58,396 nucleotides of DNA, taken from the IMG/VR virus record IMGVR_UViG_2654587819_000003; one strand, written 5' to 3'. Both the position numbers and the translations under genes were made by a program. The notes under the pieces are model-generated. The model ran no database searches and had not been told where the DNA came from. It was given only the letters and a program-made list of their open reading frames with translations. Positions 20,914-30,690 of the stretch are shown here, piece after piece. This stretch comes from an uncultured virus (IMG/VR IMGVR_UViG_2654587819_000003). Taxonomy: Monodnaviria; Sangervirae; Phixviricota; Malgrandaviricetes; Petitvirales; Microviridae. Within the stretch, counting starts at the first letter, position 1. Every line of letters begins with the position of its first letter.

Positions 20914-21726
20914 GGGCGTGTTCACACTATCGAAGGCCCTCAACGATGAGCGCAAAGTTGATGAAGGCGATGAACATCACATCGAGCTTCTCAAAGCGCG
21001 AGAAGATGCGACGAAAGCCTTTCAGGCGGCGGAATAGCCGCTCGACTTCGTTTCGACGCTTGTACATTTCGCGGTCGTACTCCCAAGGCGCAACGCGTGT
21101 ATTGAGCGGGGGTACGACTGGCATGAAGCCCAAGTCGAGCGCGAGTTGCCGGGTTTCATTGCCCTCGTAGGCCTTGTCCATCAGGAGATAAAGCGGCCGA
21201 TTCGGCGGCCCCAGACTTTCGAGCAGTGCGCGTCCCTGCGGGGCGTCGCCAGCTTGGCCGGGCGAGAGCGCGAACGTTATGGCTGTTCGAGCATCCGCGG
21301 CAACCATATGAATCTTGGTTGTCCATCCTCCGCGAGATTTGCCGATGGCTTGTGGTCCATTTTTTTTAGCGCACCAGTACCGTCAGGATGAACTTTCACG
21401 ATCGTGCTATCCAGCGACACCGCTTCGATACGGATGCGGACAATCTGGGCGCGCTGCAATTCCGTGAACACTCGGTCCAGAACACCGTTCCTAGACCACC
21501 TGCTCATGCGCGTGTAGATCGTGTGCCAGCGCCCGAAGCGGGCAGGCAGGCCGCGCCACTTGCAACCATGTTCAGCAACGTACAGGATCGCGTTGAGCAC
21601 TTGCAGATTCGACAAGCTGACGTTGCCCCGCTGGCGAGGCAGGCAGTGCTCTATCCGTTTGTATTGGGCTACAGTGATTTCCATCACCGCAGCTTACCGT
21701 TAAATCAACGTAGTGTGAACACGACC
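20914..21726 (-). mobile_element. Complete IS5-family (IS427 group) element, 813 bp; orfA 21277-21684 and orfB ending 20927, joined by a frameshift
   Basis: IRs GGGCGTGTTCACACTA / GGTCGTGTTCACACTA with flanking TA. Motifs GCKWRGLPARFGRW, LDST, DKAY and RNEVERLF. A8 run at 21360-21367. Confidence 0.92.
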
Positions 21727-21839
21727 TAGNNNNNNNNNNNNNNNNNNNNNNNNNNNNNNNNNNNNNNNNNNNNNNNNNNNNNNNNNNNNNNNNNNNNNNN
21801 NNNNNNNNNNNNNNNNNNNNNNNNNNNNNGAATGGAGTC

Positions 21840-21954
21840 GTGCGAACCGGACGGGGGTGCGAACCGCGAACCGTGCGAACCTGGGTTCGCACCCTGACGC
21901 TAAGCAGGTCTTGCGCTCGCGCCTCCCGTATTGCGCTTTTTGCAGGAAGGACCC
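21840..21954 (-). promoter_or_regulatory. Lambda-like cos packaging site candidate
   Basis: Minus strand GGGTCCT followed by TACGGGAGGCG, plus a GTGCGAACC repeat cluster. Confidence 0.5.
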
Positions 21955-22097
21955 CTTTTTTTCGCGGTACCCCTTGCTATCTGCGCCGTTATCCGAACGA
22001 TAGACGAGATACTACCCCCAAATCGCCCGATTTGTTGCACCGCGCGCCGCCCCCGAATCGGACAATCGGGGCAAACAGCGGACATTTGCGGCAAGCA

Positions 22098-22514
22098 TTA
22101 CTCTCCTTCGCTCAGGAATTTGGGCGATGCCAGCACGGCCGTCTCGTTGAGCCTGCCTGCCACGATCTCCAGCGCCCGTTGCCAGCGCCGCCAGGCGGTC
22201 GTGCGGTCGCAGGCGAAGCGCAGCGTGATCTCGCGCCAGCCATAGCCTTTGGCCCGCATCCACACGAGGTGGCGCTGCTCGACCTCCAGCCATTGCACCC
22301 AGCGCATGGTCTCCAGCATGCGATCGATCGCCTGGGGGCTGGGCGGGAAAGGCCGGTAGACCTTTTCGTCGGCCGCGAAGGCTTCCCACTCGCGACGCAC
22401 GATGGTGGGCCACGTGTTGATGTAGCCCTGCACGCGGATGGGCGGCAGGCGCCGTCCCGTGTTGGCGGCGTCCTCGAAGCGGGCCGCCACGTCCTCCTTG
22501 GTCCACTCAGCCAC
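22098..22514 (-). CDS. Phage late regulator-like protein (DUF6362-type)
   Basis: WTKEDVAARFEDAANTGRRLP...RHLVWMRAKGYGWREI...RTTAWRRW, with a C-terminal HTH. Confidence 0.7.
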   Translation of the reverse strand: MAEWTKEDVAARFEDAANTGRRLPPIRVQGYINTWPTIVRREWEAFAADEKVYRPFPPSPQAIDRMLETMRWVQWLEVEQRHLVWMRAKGYGWREITLRFACDRTTAWRRWQRALEIVAGRLNETAVLASPKFLSEGE

Positions 22515-22716
22515 GGTGCCGGCCTCCCTCGCCATACAGCCGCTCGCCGATGCGGCGCACCAGTTCGCGTTCGAGGAAGTCCAGGCGGTTGTCGGCTTCG
22601 GCGACCACGAGGATGCGCTGCTCCCGCCAGCCCCGTCGTTTGAAAGCTTCGAGATCGGTGACCTCGGGCTGTGTGCGGGCCAGCGCGGAACGGTAGGGCG
22701 GTGTGCGAATCTTCAT
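22507..22716 (-). CDS. Phage hypothetical protein
   Basis: MKIRTPPYRSALARTQP..., translationally coupled to its neighbours. Confidence 0.65.
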   Translation of the reverse strand: MKIRTPPYRSALARTQPEVTDLEAFKRRGWREQRILVVAEADNRLDFLERELVRRIGERLYGEGGRHRG

Positions 22717-22717
22717 G

Positions 22718-22955
22718 TCACGCCTCCTGCGTCTCGGCTGCCCAGTACAGGATCGCCAGGGCGTCGGCTTCGTTGTCGTCCGACGGTTCATGGCCGCGCT
22801 TGCAGACGGAGGCGATCATCTCGTCCTTGCTCGCGTTGCCCTTGCCGGTCGCGTGCTTCTTGATGGTGCCGACTGGAACGCCCACGTAGGGGATGTTGTG
22901 ATGCTCGCACCAGGCGCTCAGGTGCCCGAGCAGGCCGCCGTAGATATGTGCGGCG
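22718..22955 (-). CDS. Phage RuvC-like resolvase, 5' partial
   Basis: GVPVGTIKKHATGKGNASKDEMI...DDNEADALAIL. Confidence 0.75.
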
Positions 22956-23055
22956 NNNNNNNNNNNNNNNNNNNNNNNNNNNNNNNNNNNNNNNNNNNNN
23001 NNNNNNNNNNNNNNNNNNNNNNNNNNNNNNNNNNNNNNNNNNNNNNNNNNNNNNN

Positions 23056-23400
23056 TAACGTCCAGAAGACGATGCAGGTTTGGTGAGCCCCGGTCTAACC
23101 TGTTTGCCATCACAATCGATACCTTGCGCAACCTGGGAAGTTCGCGTTCAGTGCAACATCAAGAGCATCCGAATGCCGTGTATGGTGTCGTCACGCAGTT
23201 GCCACCGGATAGTCAGCTCGGTATGAGCATCGGTGTGCAAGCAATGCCCAAATTGTCCGCGCCATCTTGTTTGCTAAGGCCACTATCACGATGTTGAGCG
23301 GTCGCCGCCGGCTGAGCTTTGCCGCCCAGGACTCTGAGTCCTTCACGTGCTTCATGACCGAGCGCGCTCCGTGAATGAGCAGGGTGCGCAAGTAGCGGTC
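23056..23400 (-). mobile_element. IS110-family transposase C-terminus (23191-23400) plus downstream non-coding end
   Basis: DRYLRTLLIHGARSV...VALANKMARTIWALL. Confidence 0.85.
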
Positions 23401-23500
23401 NNNNNNNNNNNNNNNNNNNNNNNNNNNNNNNNNNNNNNNNNNNNNNNNNNNNNNNNNNNNNNNNNNNNNNNNNNNNNNNNNNNNNNNNNNNNNNNNNNNN

Positions 23501-23520
23501 GAAGTTCGAGGGCAAGCTCA
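23501..23520 (-). mobile_element. IS terminal sequence (TG-start, IS3-like)
   Basis: TGAGCTTGCCCTCGAACT; the same 18 nt occur at 30791-30808 with a different flank. Confidence 0.55.
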
Positions 23521-24001
23521 TGCGGAACTTGGTCAGCAGGCGGGGCAGAAGGCGCAGCCGCTTGCCGGCCGCAAGGGCGAATACCGCAACCGCTTTACCG
23601 CGATCAAGCGCACGGTGCCCTGGCGTCCCGGCCGGGGACGGAACAGCATCGAATGGAAGGTGGCCGGACACCAGACGGCGATGGTGGTCGGCCGCGACGG
23701 CCTGGGGTCGCTGGATGTGGACGAATACGGCCGCATCCTGATCCGGTTCCACTGGGACAGGGAAGGCCAATACAGTGCGCGCGTGCGTGTGGCGAGCAAT
23801 TGGGCGGGAGGCGAAACCGGCATGGTGTCGTGGCCGCGCGTGGGCAGCGAGGTGGTGGTGGTCGCGCTGGATGGTAATCCCGATCATTTCCTCGTGATCA
23901 GCGTCGTCCACAACGCCCACCGCATGCCACCGTGGCAGTTGCCGACACAGAAGGCACTGATGGGCATCCGCAGCCGGGAGCTGACCCCGGACGGCGGCAA
24001 C
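23521..24001 (+). CDS. vgrG: T6SS VgrG internal fragment, interrupted upstream by an IS
   Basis: YRNRFTAIKRTVPWRP, VDEYGRILIRFHWDR, SARVRVAS..AG and PRVGSEVVV. Confidence 0.88.
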
Positions 24002-24101
24002 NNNNNNNNNNNNNNNNNNNNNNNNNNNNNNNNNNNNNNNNNNNNNNNNNNNNNNNNNNNNNNNNNNNNNNNNNNNNNNNNNNNNNNNNNNNNNNNNNNN
24101 N

Positions 24102-24819
24102 GGTAGCCGACCGACAGGAAGGTCACGATCGGGTTGATCGTGATCTTCGCTTCGGTCACGGAATGCTGACCGTTGGCCAGCGTGGTATCGATCTTGGCCG
24201 TGGTCTTCAGCGGCAGGTACGACACCGACAGGCAGACGAACCAGTCCTTGGTGATCGCGTACGTGGCGCCTACGCTCAGCACCGGGTTGAGCGAGCTGTC
24301 CGTCGACACAGTGCTCGTGCTCGGGAAGCCGCCGCCCAGCACCTGGGTCTGGAACGTGCTGTTGGTGATCTTCTCGTCGGTGAACCAGGTGTAGTTCAGG
24401 CCGGCGCCGACATAGGGGCGGAACTTGCTGTCCGCGCCACCGAAGAACCACTTGGCCAGCACGGTCGGGCTCCACTGCTTGGCCGAGCCGATCTGGCCGT
24501 AGCGCGCGAACGAATCGGTGCCTTCGATCTTGTGGCGCGGCGGGATGCCGCCGACCAGTTCGACGGCCACGTTGTCGGTGAAGAAGTGCGTGAACGCCAG
24601 GCCGACCGTGTCGGCATCCTTGATCTTGGCGCCCGTGTTGGCGACCTGCCGGTTGAGCGGCACACCGCCCACGCTGTCGATCTGCAGCGGGTCGCTCGAA
24701 CTGTTCGGCATGACGCGGAACCAGCCGAGGCTGAAGATGTTGCTCCCCGCGCTTTGGGCGTGGGCAGCGGTGGCAAGGATCATCCCGGCGGCGGCCGCCA
24801 GTGCTTTTTTATAGGCCAT
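24102..24819 (-). CDS. OmpW-family outer membrane protein, 3' end truncated
   Basis: Signal peptide; FTDNVAVELVGGIPP, FRPYVGAGLNYTWF and INPIVTFLSVGY. Confidence 0.88.
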
Positions 24820-25012
24820 GTCTGTGGTTGCTCCTGTAAGCAATGCGTCTGGCGCAAACGATACCAGTGCATTCTAGGTCTCCTCCCAGGCGGAGGTGAG
24901 GTCATTATCCGATTTGGCTGCCTTGGCCCAGAACCTTTTTTATAGAGGTTTCCTGTTACAAGCGCTCCGGTCATGCGGCTCGCGGCATGCCTTTGCGCAC
25001 GGCGCCGCGTTT

Positions 25013-25332
25013 TCAAACAAGCGGGGCTTTCGACAGCGCCAGCGTGCAGGCGGCCAGGTCCCACAAGGCGCTGCCCACGCTCTTGAATACCACCGGCACC
25101 GCCGCCGTGGCCTGCGCGCCGACATCGGGCGCGGCGTCGATGCACTGTTGCAACGGTCGCACACGCGACCATGGCACGCCCGCCTGCAGCAGGTCACCCG
25201 CTTCGGCATCGAGGTCAACCAGGGTATCGGCAAAGAGTCGGCCCGCCGCGGCCGCCTGTACGCACAGCCGGGGCGGCAGTTCCGCCATCTCGGGGCGAAA
25301 CGCACCGACCGCTGCCACAAAATGCTGCGCGC
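25013..25332 (-). CDS. Ornithine cyclodeaminase/mu-crystallin family, C-terminal fragment
   Basis: AVGAFRPEMAELP, EAGDLLQ and FKSVGSALWDLAA. Confidence 0.8.
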
Positions 25333-25432
25333 NNNNNNNNNNNNNNNNNNNNNNNNNNNNNNNNNNNNNNNNNNNNNNNNNNNNNNNNNNNNNNNNNNNN
25401 NNNNNNNNNNNNNNNNNNNNNNNNNNNNNNNN

Positions 25433-25880
25433 CCTGCCGGTGCCCGTGCCGGTGGTCAAGTTCGACCTGGTCTTCAACCTGCGGGAATGGGCCGACACGC
25501 GGGACGCGACCGGGGGCCTGCACGGCCATATCGAATACGCGGTCGACCTGTTCGATGCGCCCACCATTGAGCGTCTGGCACGGCAGTGGCAGCGGATACT
25601 GGAGGCCATCGTCGCCGCGCCCGAGCGCCGGATCAGCGCGATCGATCTGCTGGATCGCGACGACCGGCGTCTGCTGCAACGCTGGAACGCGACCGCGCAA
25701 CCGGTGCCCGAGGCATCGATCCCGGCGCTGTTCGAGCGACAGGTCGCGCGCGATCCCGAGGCCATTGCTGTCATCTTCGGGCAGACGCAGTGGTCCTACG
25801 CCGAACTCAATGCACGGGCCAATCGGCTTGCGCACCATCTCATCGAACTCGGTGTGCAGCCCGAGGACCGCGTCGCCGTT
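25433..25880 (+). CDS. NRPS condensation-adenylation junction fragment
   Basis: KFDL, EYAVDLFDAPTIER and SYAELNARANRLAHHL (A1 motif). Confidence 0.9.
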
Positions 25881-25980
25881 NNNNNNNNNNNNNNNNNNNN
25901 NNNNNNNNNNNNNNNNNNNNNNNNNNNNNNNNNNNNNNNNNNNNNNNNNNNNNNNNNNNNNNNNNNNNNNNNNNNNNNNN

Positions 25981-26242
25981 GGTGTCGACCGTCAGCGTGA
26001 AGGCCGAGCTGGTGGCACTGACGTTGCCGGTCGCATCGGTGGCCGTGGCCGTGAGGCTGTGGTTGCCGTCAGCCAGCGCAATGATCGGCGTGAAGGTCCA
26101 GTTGCCCGAGGCATCGGCGATCGTGGCGCCAATCAGCGTGGTGCCGTCGAGGATGCTGATCATGTTGTGGGCCTCGGCGGTGCCGGTCAGCGTCGGGGTG
26201 GCGTCGTTGGTGCTGCCACCGGCCGTGATGGCGCCCGTGACC
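25981..26242 (-). CDS. Ig-like (Big) repeat adhesin fragment abutting an IS end
   Basis: TNDATPTLTGTAEA...ADASGNWTFTP..LADGNHSLTATATDATGN; TGTTAACGCGCGAGCAGAAT at 26243. Confidence 0.85.
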
Positions 26243-26362
26243 TGTTAACGCGCGAGCAGAATNNNNNNNNNNNNNNNNNNNNNNNNNNNNNNNNNNNNNN
26301 NNNNNNNNNNNNNNNNNNNNNNNNNNNNNNNNNNNNNNNNNNNNNNNNNNNNNNNNNNNNNN

Positions 26363-26651
26363 GATGGCAAGCCGGACCTGGTCTTGAGTCCGCTCGACGC
26401 GTTGGAAGAGCCGCCATCGCTCATCGCGCTGCGCGATAAGATCGCAAGCATGCTGCCGCGAGTCGATTTGACCGAGTTGATCCTCGAAATTGCCGCGCGC
26501 ACGCACTTTACCGACGCCTTCACCCACGTGTCCGAGCGCTCGGCCCGCGCCGAAGACCTGCACATCAGTATTTGCGCGGTGCTGATGGCTGATGCCTGCA
26601 ACACGGGCCTGGAGCCGTTTGTCCGCAGCGATATTCCGGCGCTGCGGCGGG
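26363..26651 (+). mobile_element. tnpA: Tn3-family transposase internal fragment
   Basis: LSPLDALEEPPSLIALR...LPRVDLTELILEI...AVLMADACNTGL. Confidence 0.88.
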
Positions 26652-26751
26652 NNNNNNNNNNNNNNNNNNNNNNNNNNNNNNNNNNNNNNNNNNNNNNNNN
26701 NNNNNNNNNNNNNNNNNNNNNNNNNNNNNNNNNNNNNNNNNNNNNNNNNNN

Positions 26752-27194
26752 ACGAAATCCAGCTCGCACCAGACTTCGTCGTTGATGCTCAACTTGTAGT
26801 AAGACAGCGAGGACTTGACCTTGAAGGCGCCCTTGCCGCCGGTCTGGGCAGCGCCGAAGTCGATGTCGGTATGCCGACCACGTACGATGATCTCCATCGA
26901 ATCGGGTTCGCTGCTGTCCTCGCGCTGCAAGGAACCCGAGAAGCGGACCATGGCACCGTCAACGTTGGTGATGCCGTACTGCTTGAGGATTTCGCGCATC
27001 GGGCCACCGTAGGTGGTCTCCATCTCCAGTTTCTCGTTGCCCAGGTCGATATTGATCGGGCCGTTCATGCCGGCGGCGCGGTATTCCTCCAGCTTGCGCG
27101 CGAGCTTGGGTAGAGTGAGTTCTTCGCATTCGCCGGCGTGGCTCACACCATCCGAGAAGACATTGAAGTGTTTGAGTTTGCGTGGCAGGGCCAT
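26752..27194 (-). CDS. P2-like major tail tube FII (3' end at 32804-32891)
   Basis: MALPRKLKHFNVF...LTLPKL; 21-nt overlap with 32804. Confidence 0.92.
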
Positions 27195-27225
27195 CGGGAG
27201 TCCTTGTGAGGTGGTGGGGCGCAGC

Positions 27226-27528
27226 TCAAGCTGCCTTGACGGCTTCGGCGAACTGCATCAGGTAGCGGTCGGTGATGCGCTGGCGGAACTTCAGGTTCTC
27301 CAGCGGTGGCACCGGCGTGTAGTCGTAGTCGATGGCGAGCAGGCCGGCCTTCAGCGTGTCCTTGGTGTTGTCCTCGGGGTCGTACCAGGCGGAGCCGCCC
27401 AGCAGGTAGCCGTTGCGCGTCAGGTTGCGCAGCTTGGCGTTGATGCCCTCCAGCAGATCGCGCACCAGGGTGGGCGTCATCGGTAGGTCGTTGGCCCACA
27501 TATGTGCTTCGGCCATGGTGTCGGCCAG
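27226..27528 (-). CDS. P2-like tail sheath FI, C-terminal fragment
   Basis: [11 protein letters not shown]...[25 protein letters not shown]. Confidence 0.92.
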   Translation of the reverse strand: MADTMAEAHMWANDLPMTPTLVRDLLEGINAKLRNLTRNGYLLGGSAWYDPEDNTKDTLKAGLLAIDYDYTPVPPLENLKFRQRITDRYLMQFAEAVKAA

Positions 27529-27628
27529 NNNNNNNNNNNNNNNNNNNNNNNNNNNNNNNNNNNNNNNNNNNNNNNNNNNNNNNNNNNNNNNNNNNNNNNN
27601 NNNNNNNNNNNNNNNNNNNNNNNNNNNN

Positions 27629-27924
27629 GCCGTGCGGGCCACGCTCGCCCTGGAATCCGAGCCGGTCACCAAGCTATTGCAGGAAAACGCCTACCGCGAG
27701 CTGGTGTGGCGCCAGCGCGTGAACGACGCTGCGCGCGCGGTAATGCTGGCCTTCGCCGAGGGTGACGACCTGGAGCAGTTGGCGGCCAACTTCGACGTGC
27801 AGCGCCTGACCATCACGCCGGCCGACGACAGCACCGTACCGCCAACACCTGCGGTAATGGAGGGCGACGACTCCCTGCGCGAGCGCGCGCAAGAAGCGTT
27901 CGAAGGGCTGTCCGTGGCCGGCCC
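27629..27924 (+). CDS. P2-like baseplate J fragment (continues at 38779-38890 and 40457-40606)
   Basis: LALESEPVTKLLQENAYREL...AFEGLSVAGP. Confidence 0.9.
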
Positions 27925-28024
27925 NNNNNNNNNNNNNNNNNNNNNNNNNNNNNNNNNNNNNNNNNNNNNNNNNNNNNNNNNNNNNNNNNNNNNNNNNNNN
28001 NNNNNNNNNNNNNNNNNNNNNNNN

Positions 28025-28168
28025 GCCATCACCGAAGTGGCGCCGGAGAGCAGCGGCCGCAGCAGCTCGGAGAGCGCGGCGTCGAAGCTGGGCGAGGCGA
28101 ACTGCAGCACGCGGCAACCGGGGCCGAGTTCGCAGCGTCGCATGTGCGTGCTGACCAGGTGCGGCACG
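28025..28168 (-). CDS. NRPS adenylation domain fragment
   Basis: RVLQFASPSFDAA (A4 motif). Confidence 0.8.
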
Positions 28169-28268
28169 NNNNNNNNNNNNNNNNNNNNNNNNNNNNNNNN
28201 NNNNNNNNNNNNNNNNNNNNNNNNNNNNNNNNNNNNNNNNNNNNNNNNNNNNNNNNNNNNNNNNNNNN

Positions 28269-28424
28269 TACGGGCAGTTCGTCATCGAGAGCATGGACGT
28301 GAAGCGTACCTACTTCTTCCAGGACGGCGCGGCGCGAGCGGTCGATTTCACGATCAAGCTGGCGCGTGTCGATGATGACCTGGCGTCCAAGGTCGTGACC
28401 ACCGTGACGAGGGCGCTGTCATGA
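28269..28424 (+). CDS. P2-like tail protein U, C-terminal fragment
   Basis: YGQFVIESM...FFQDGAARAVDFTIKLARVD. Confidence 0.85.
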   Translation, partial: YGQFVIESMDVKRTYFFQDGAARAVDFTIKLARVDDDLASKVVTTVTRALS

Positions 28425-28474
28425 CGATCGAGATGCTCACCGGGGATGCGGAGCCGAAGCCCGTCTACCGGCTG
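28421..28474 (+). CDS. P2-like late control D, N-terminal fragment
   Basis: ATGA-coupled after gpU; PKPVYRL. Confidence 0.6.
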
Positions 28475-28574
28475 NNNNNNNNNNNNNNNNNNNNNNNNNN
28501 NNNNNNNNNNNNNNNNNNNNNNNNNNNNNNNNNNNNNNNNNNNNNNNNNNNNNNNNNNNNNNNNNNNNNNNNNN

Positions 28575-28769
28575 CCCCGCCGAGCGCATCGCCTTCATGC
28601 TCGACGATGCGCGGCCCGCTCTGCTGCTGACCGCCTCGGCCGTGCAGGCTGACCTGCACGCCACCGGACTCCGGCAACTGTGCCTGGACAACCTGGCACG
28701 CGATGGTCTGCCGGCCCACAACCCCGGCCTGCCCATCGCCCCCCAGCACGCCGCCTACCTCATCTACAC
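28575..28769 (+). CDS. NRPS adenylation domain fragment
   Basis: PAERIAFMLDDARP...PQHAAYLIYT; paralogous to 29827-30093. Confidence 0.85.
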
Positions 28770-28869
28770 NNNNNNNNNNNNNNNNNNNNNNNNNNNNNNN
28801 NNNNNNNNNNNNNNNNNNNNNNNNNNNNNNNNNNNNNNNNNNNNNNNNNNNNNNNNNNNNNNNNNNNNN

Positions 28870-29167
28870 CCGCCGACAACGACGTACCGAGCAACGACCC
28901 CAATCGGACCGTCACGCAGTACCCGGACGGTGCGCTGACCAGCTACGACCACGCTGCCGGACTGCTGACCGTGCAGGGCGTTAAAACGGTGTTCCTGGAG
29001 GCCACCGCGAACGTGCTGGTGAAGGCCCCCGACACCGTCTTCGATGGCAACGTGACCGTCAAGGGCCGCTTCTCGTTCGAGAACGGCATGGCCGGCCAGG
29101 GTGGCGCGCATGGCAACAAAATCAGCGGTGACCTGACGCACGCGGATGGCAAGTTGTCGTCCAACGG
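28870..29167 (+). CDS. P2-like baseplate spike V fragment
   Basis: YPDGALTSYDHAAGLL...DGKLSSN. Confidence 0.85.
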
Positions 29168-29267
29168 NNNNNNNNNNNNNNNNNNNNNNNNNNNNNNNNN
29201 NNNNNNNNNNNNNNNNNNNNNNNNNNNNNNNNNNNNNNNNNNNNNNNNNNNNNNNNNNNNNNNNNNN

Positions 29268-29377
29268 TGGCCGCCGCGCGCAAGCTCGGCATGGAAGACG
29301 TGCCGGTGATCGAACTGGCGCACCTGTCGCCCACGCAGAAGCGAGCGTTGATCCTCGCCGACAACCGCATCGCGCTC
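29268..29377 (+). CDS. ParB-N domain fragment (phage ParB/methyltransferase type)
   Basis: AARKLGMEDVPVIELAHLSPTQKRALILADNRIAL. Confidence 0.8.
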
Positions 29378-29477
29378 NNNNNNNNNNNNNNNNNNNNNNN
29401 NNNNNNNNNNNNNNNNNNNNNNNNNNNNNNNNNNNNNNNNNNNNNNNNNNNNNNNNNNNNNNNNNNNNNNNNNNNNN

Positions 29478-29515
29478 GGGGGCCGGCCAAGATAAGCCAA
29501 TCCGCTATCATAAGC
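29478..29515 (+). repeat. Tn3-family terminal inverted repeat
   Basis: GGGGGCCGGCCAAGATAAGCCAATCCGCTATCATAAG(C): GGGG start, TAAG end, about 38 bp. Confidence 0.7.
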
Positions 29516-29563
29516 CTCCAGGTAATGAAGGCGGCGCCCGTTATTCCGTTTAGTTATTAGACG

Positions 29564-29726
29564 TCAGGCCGGTTTCGGCCGCTGGCCAGCGCGTCCGGCT
29601 GGCGTTTTCTTCAATTCATCCACCAGCCTGCGCGTCGTTTCCGCCTCGGTCTCGGCGCGCTCGGCGCGTCGCAGCGCTTCCTGCAGCTGCAACTGAGTCT
29701 GCGCCAGTTGATCGGCCGCCGCGCGC
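29564..29726 (-). CDS. KfrA/TnpT-like coiled-coil protein, C-terminus, ending near the Tn3 IR
   Basis: QLAQTQLQLQEALRRAERAETEAETTRRLVDEL. Confidence 0.55.
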
Positions 29727-29826
29727 NNNNNNNNNNNNNNNNNNNNNNNNNNNNNNNNNNNNNNNNNNNNNNNNNNNNNNNNNNNNNNNNNNNNNNNNNN
29801 NNNNNNNNNNNNNNNNNNNNNNNNNN

Positions 29827-30093
29827 CCTGCCGCTCGATTCCAACTATCTGGCCATCCTCAAGGCCGGCGCGGTCTACCTCCCTGTCGATTCCAAGTATC
29901 CCGCCGAGCGCACCGCCTTCATGCTCGACGATACCCGGCCCGCTCTGCTGCTGACCTCTTCGGTCACCCGCGCCAATCTGCACGCCACCGGACTCCGGCA
30001 GCTGTGCCTGGACGACTTGGTGCTCGATGCCCTGCCGGCCCACAACCCTGGCCTGCCCATTGCCCCCCAGCGCGCCGCCTACCTCATCTACAC
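29827..30093 (+). CDS. NRPS adenylation domain fragment
   Basis: LAILKAGAVYLPVD (A2)...AAYLIYT (A3). Confidence 0.88.
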
Positions 30094-30193
30094 NNNNNNN
30101 NNNNNNNNNNNNNNNNNNNNNNNNNNNNNNNNNNNNNNNNNNNNNNNNNNNNNNNNNNNNNNNNNNNNNNNNNNNNNNNNNNNNNNNNNNNNN

Positions 30194-30376
30194 GTGGCCG
30201 TGCTCCAGGTGGGACGCTCGCCCTTGACGCGCTGCCACAGCGACGGCTGACCCGCGATCGCCACCTTCGGCATGATCTGGCCCTCGCGGATGAACTGGTG
30301 CCGCTCGCTGGCGATGGCGCCCGCTTCGTTGCTCTGCCACCAGCCCGTTTGCGGGCAGGCGTAGCCGGTGACCACC
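30194..30376 (-). CDS. Probable T6SS immunity-type protein, C-terminal part (continues at 34378-34291)
   Basis: TGYACPQTGWW...FIREGQIMP...TVWTL; 21-nt overlap with 34358-34378. Confidence 0.5.
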
Positions 30377-30488
30377 NNNNNNNNNNNNNNNNNNNNNNNN
30401 NNNNNNNNNNNNNNNNNNNNNNNNNNNNNNNNNNNNNNNNNNNNNNNNNNNNNNNNNNNNNNNNNNNNNNNNNNNNTGAACAGGGCAT

Positions 30489-30690
30489 TCACGGTTGATT
30501 ACCTCCACGGTTGTTGCTCTTCAGGGCGGTCAGCAGCTTGTCGCTGTTGTCGGCCGCGCGGATCAGCGCCAGCAGCAGCCGGACCACCACCGTGGAGGCC
30601 ACCAGCGCGCCCACGGCTTCGCTCACTTCGGTGTTGGCGGGCAGCGCCCGGGCGATCAGGGCGGCGGCGAGCGGCGCCGACAGGACGCCC
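30489..30690 (-). CDS. P2/RSA1-like putative holin, C-terminal part
   Basis: Hydrophobic helices; GTGA overlap with the next gene (MNALF). Confidence 0.6.
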
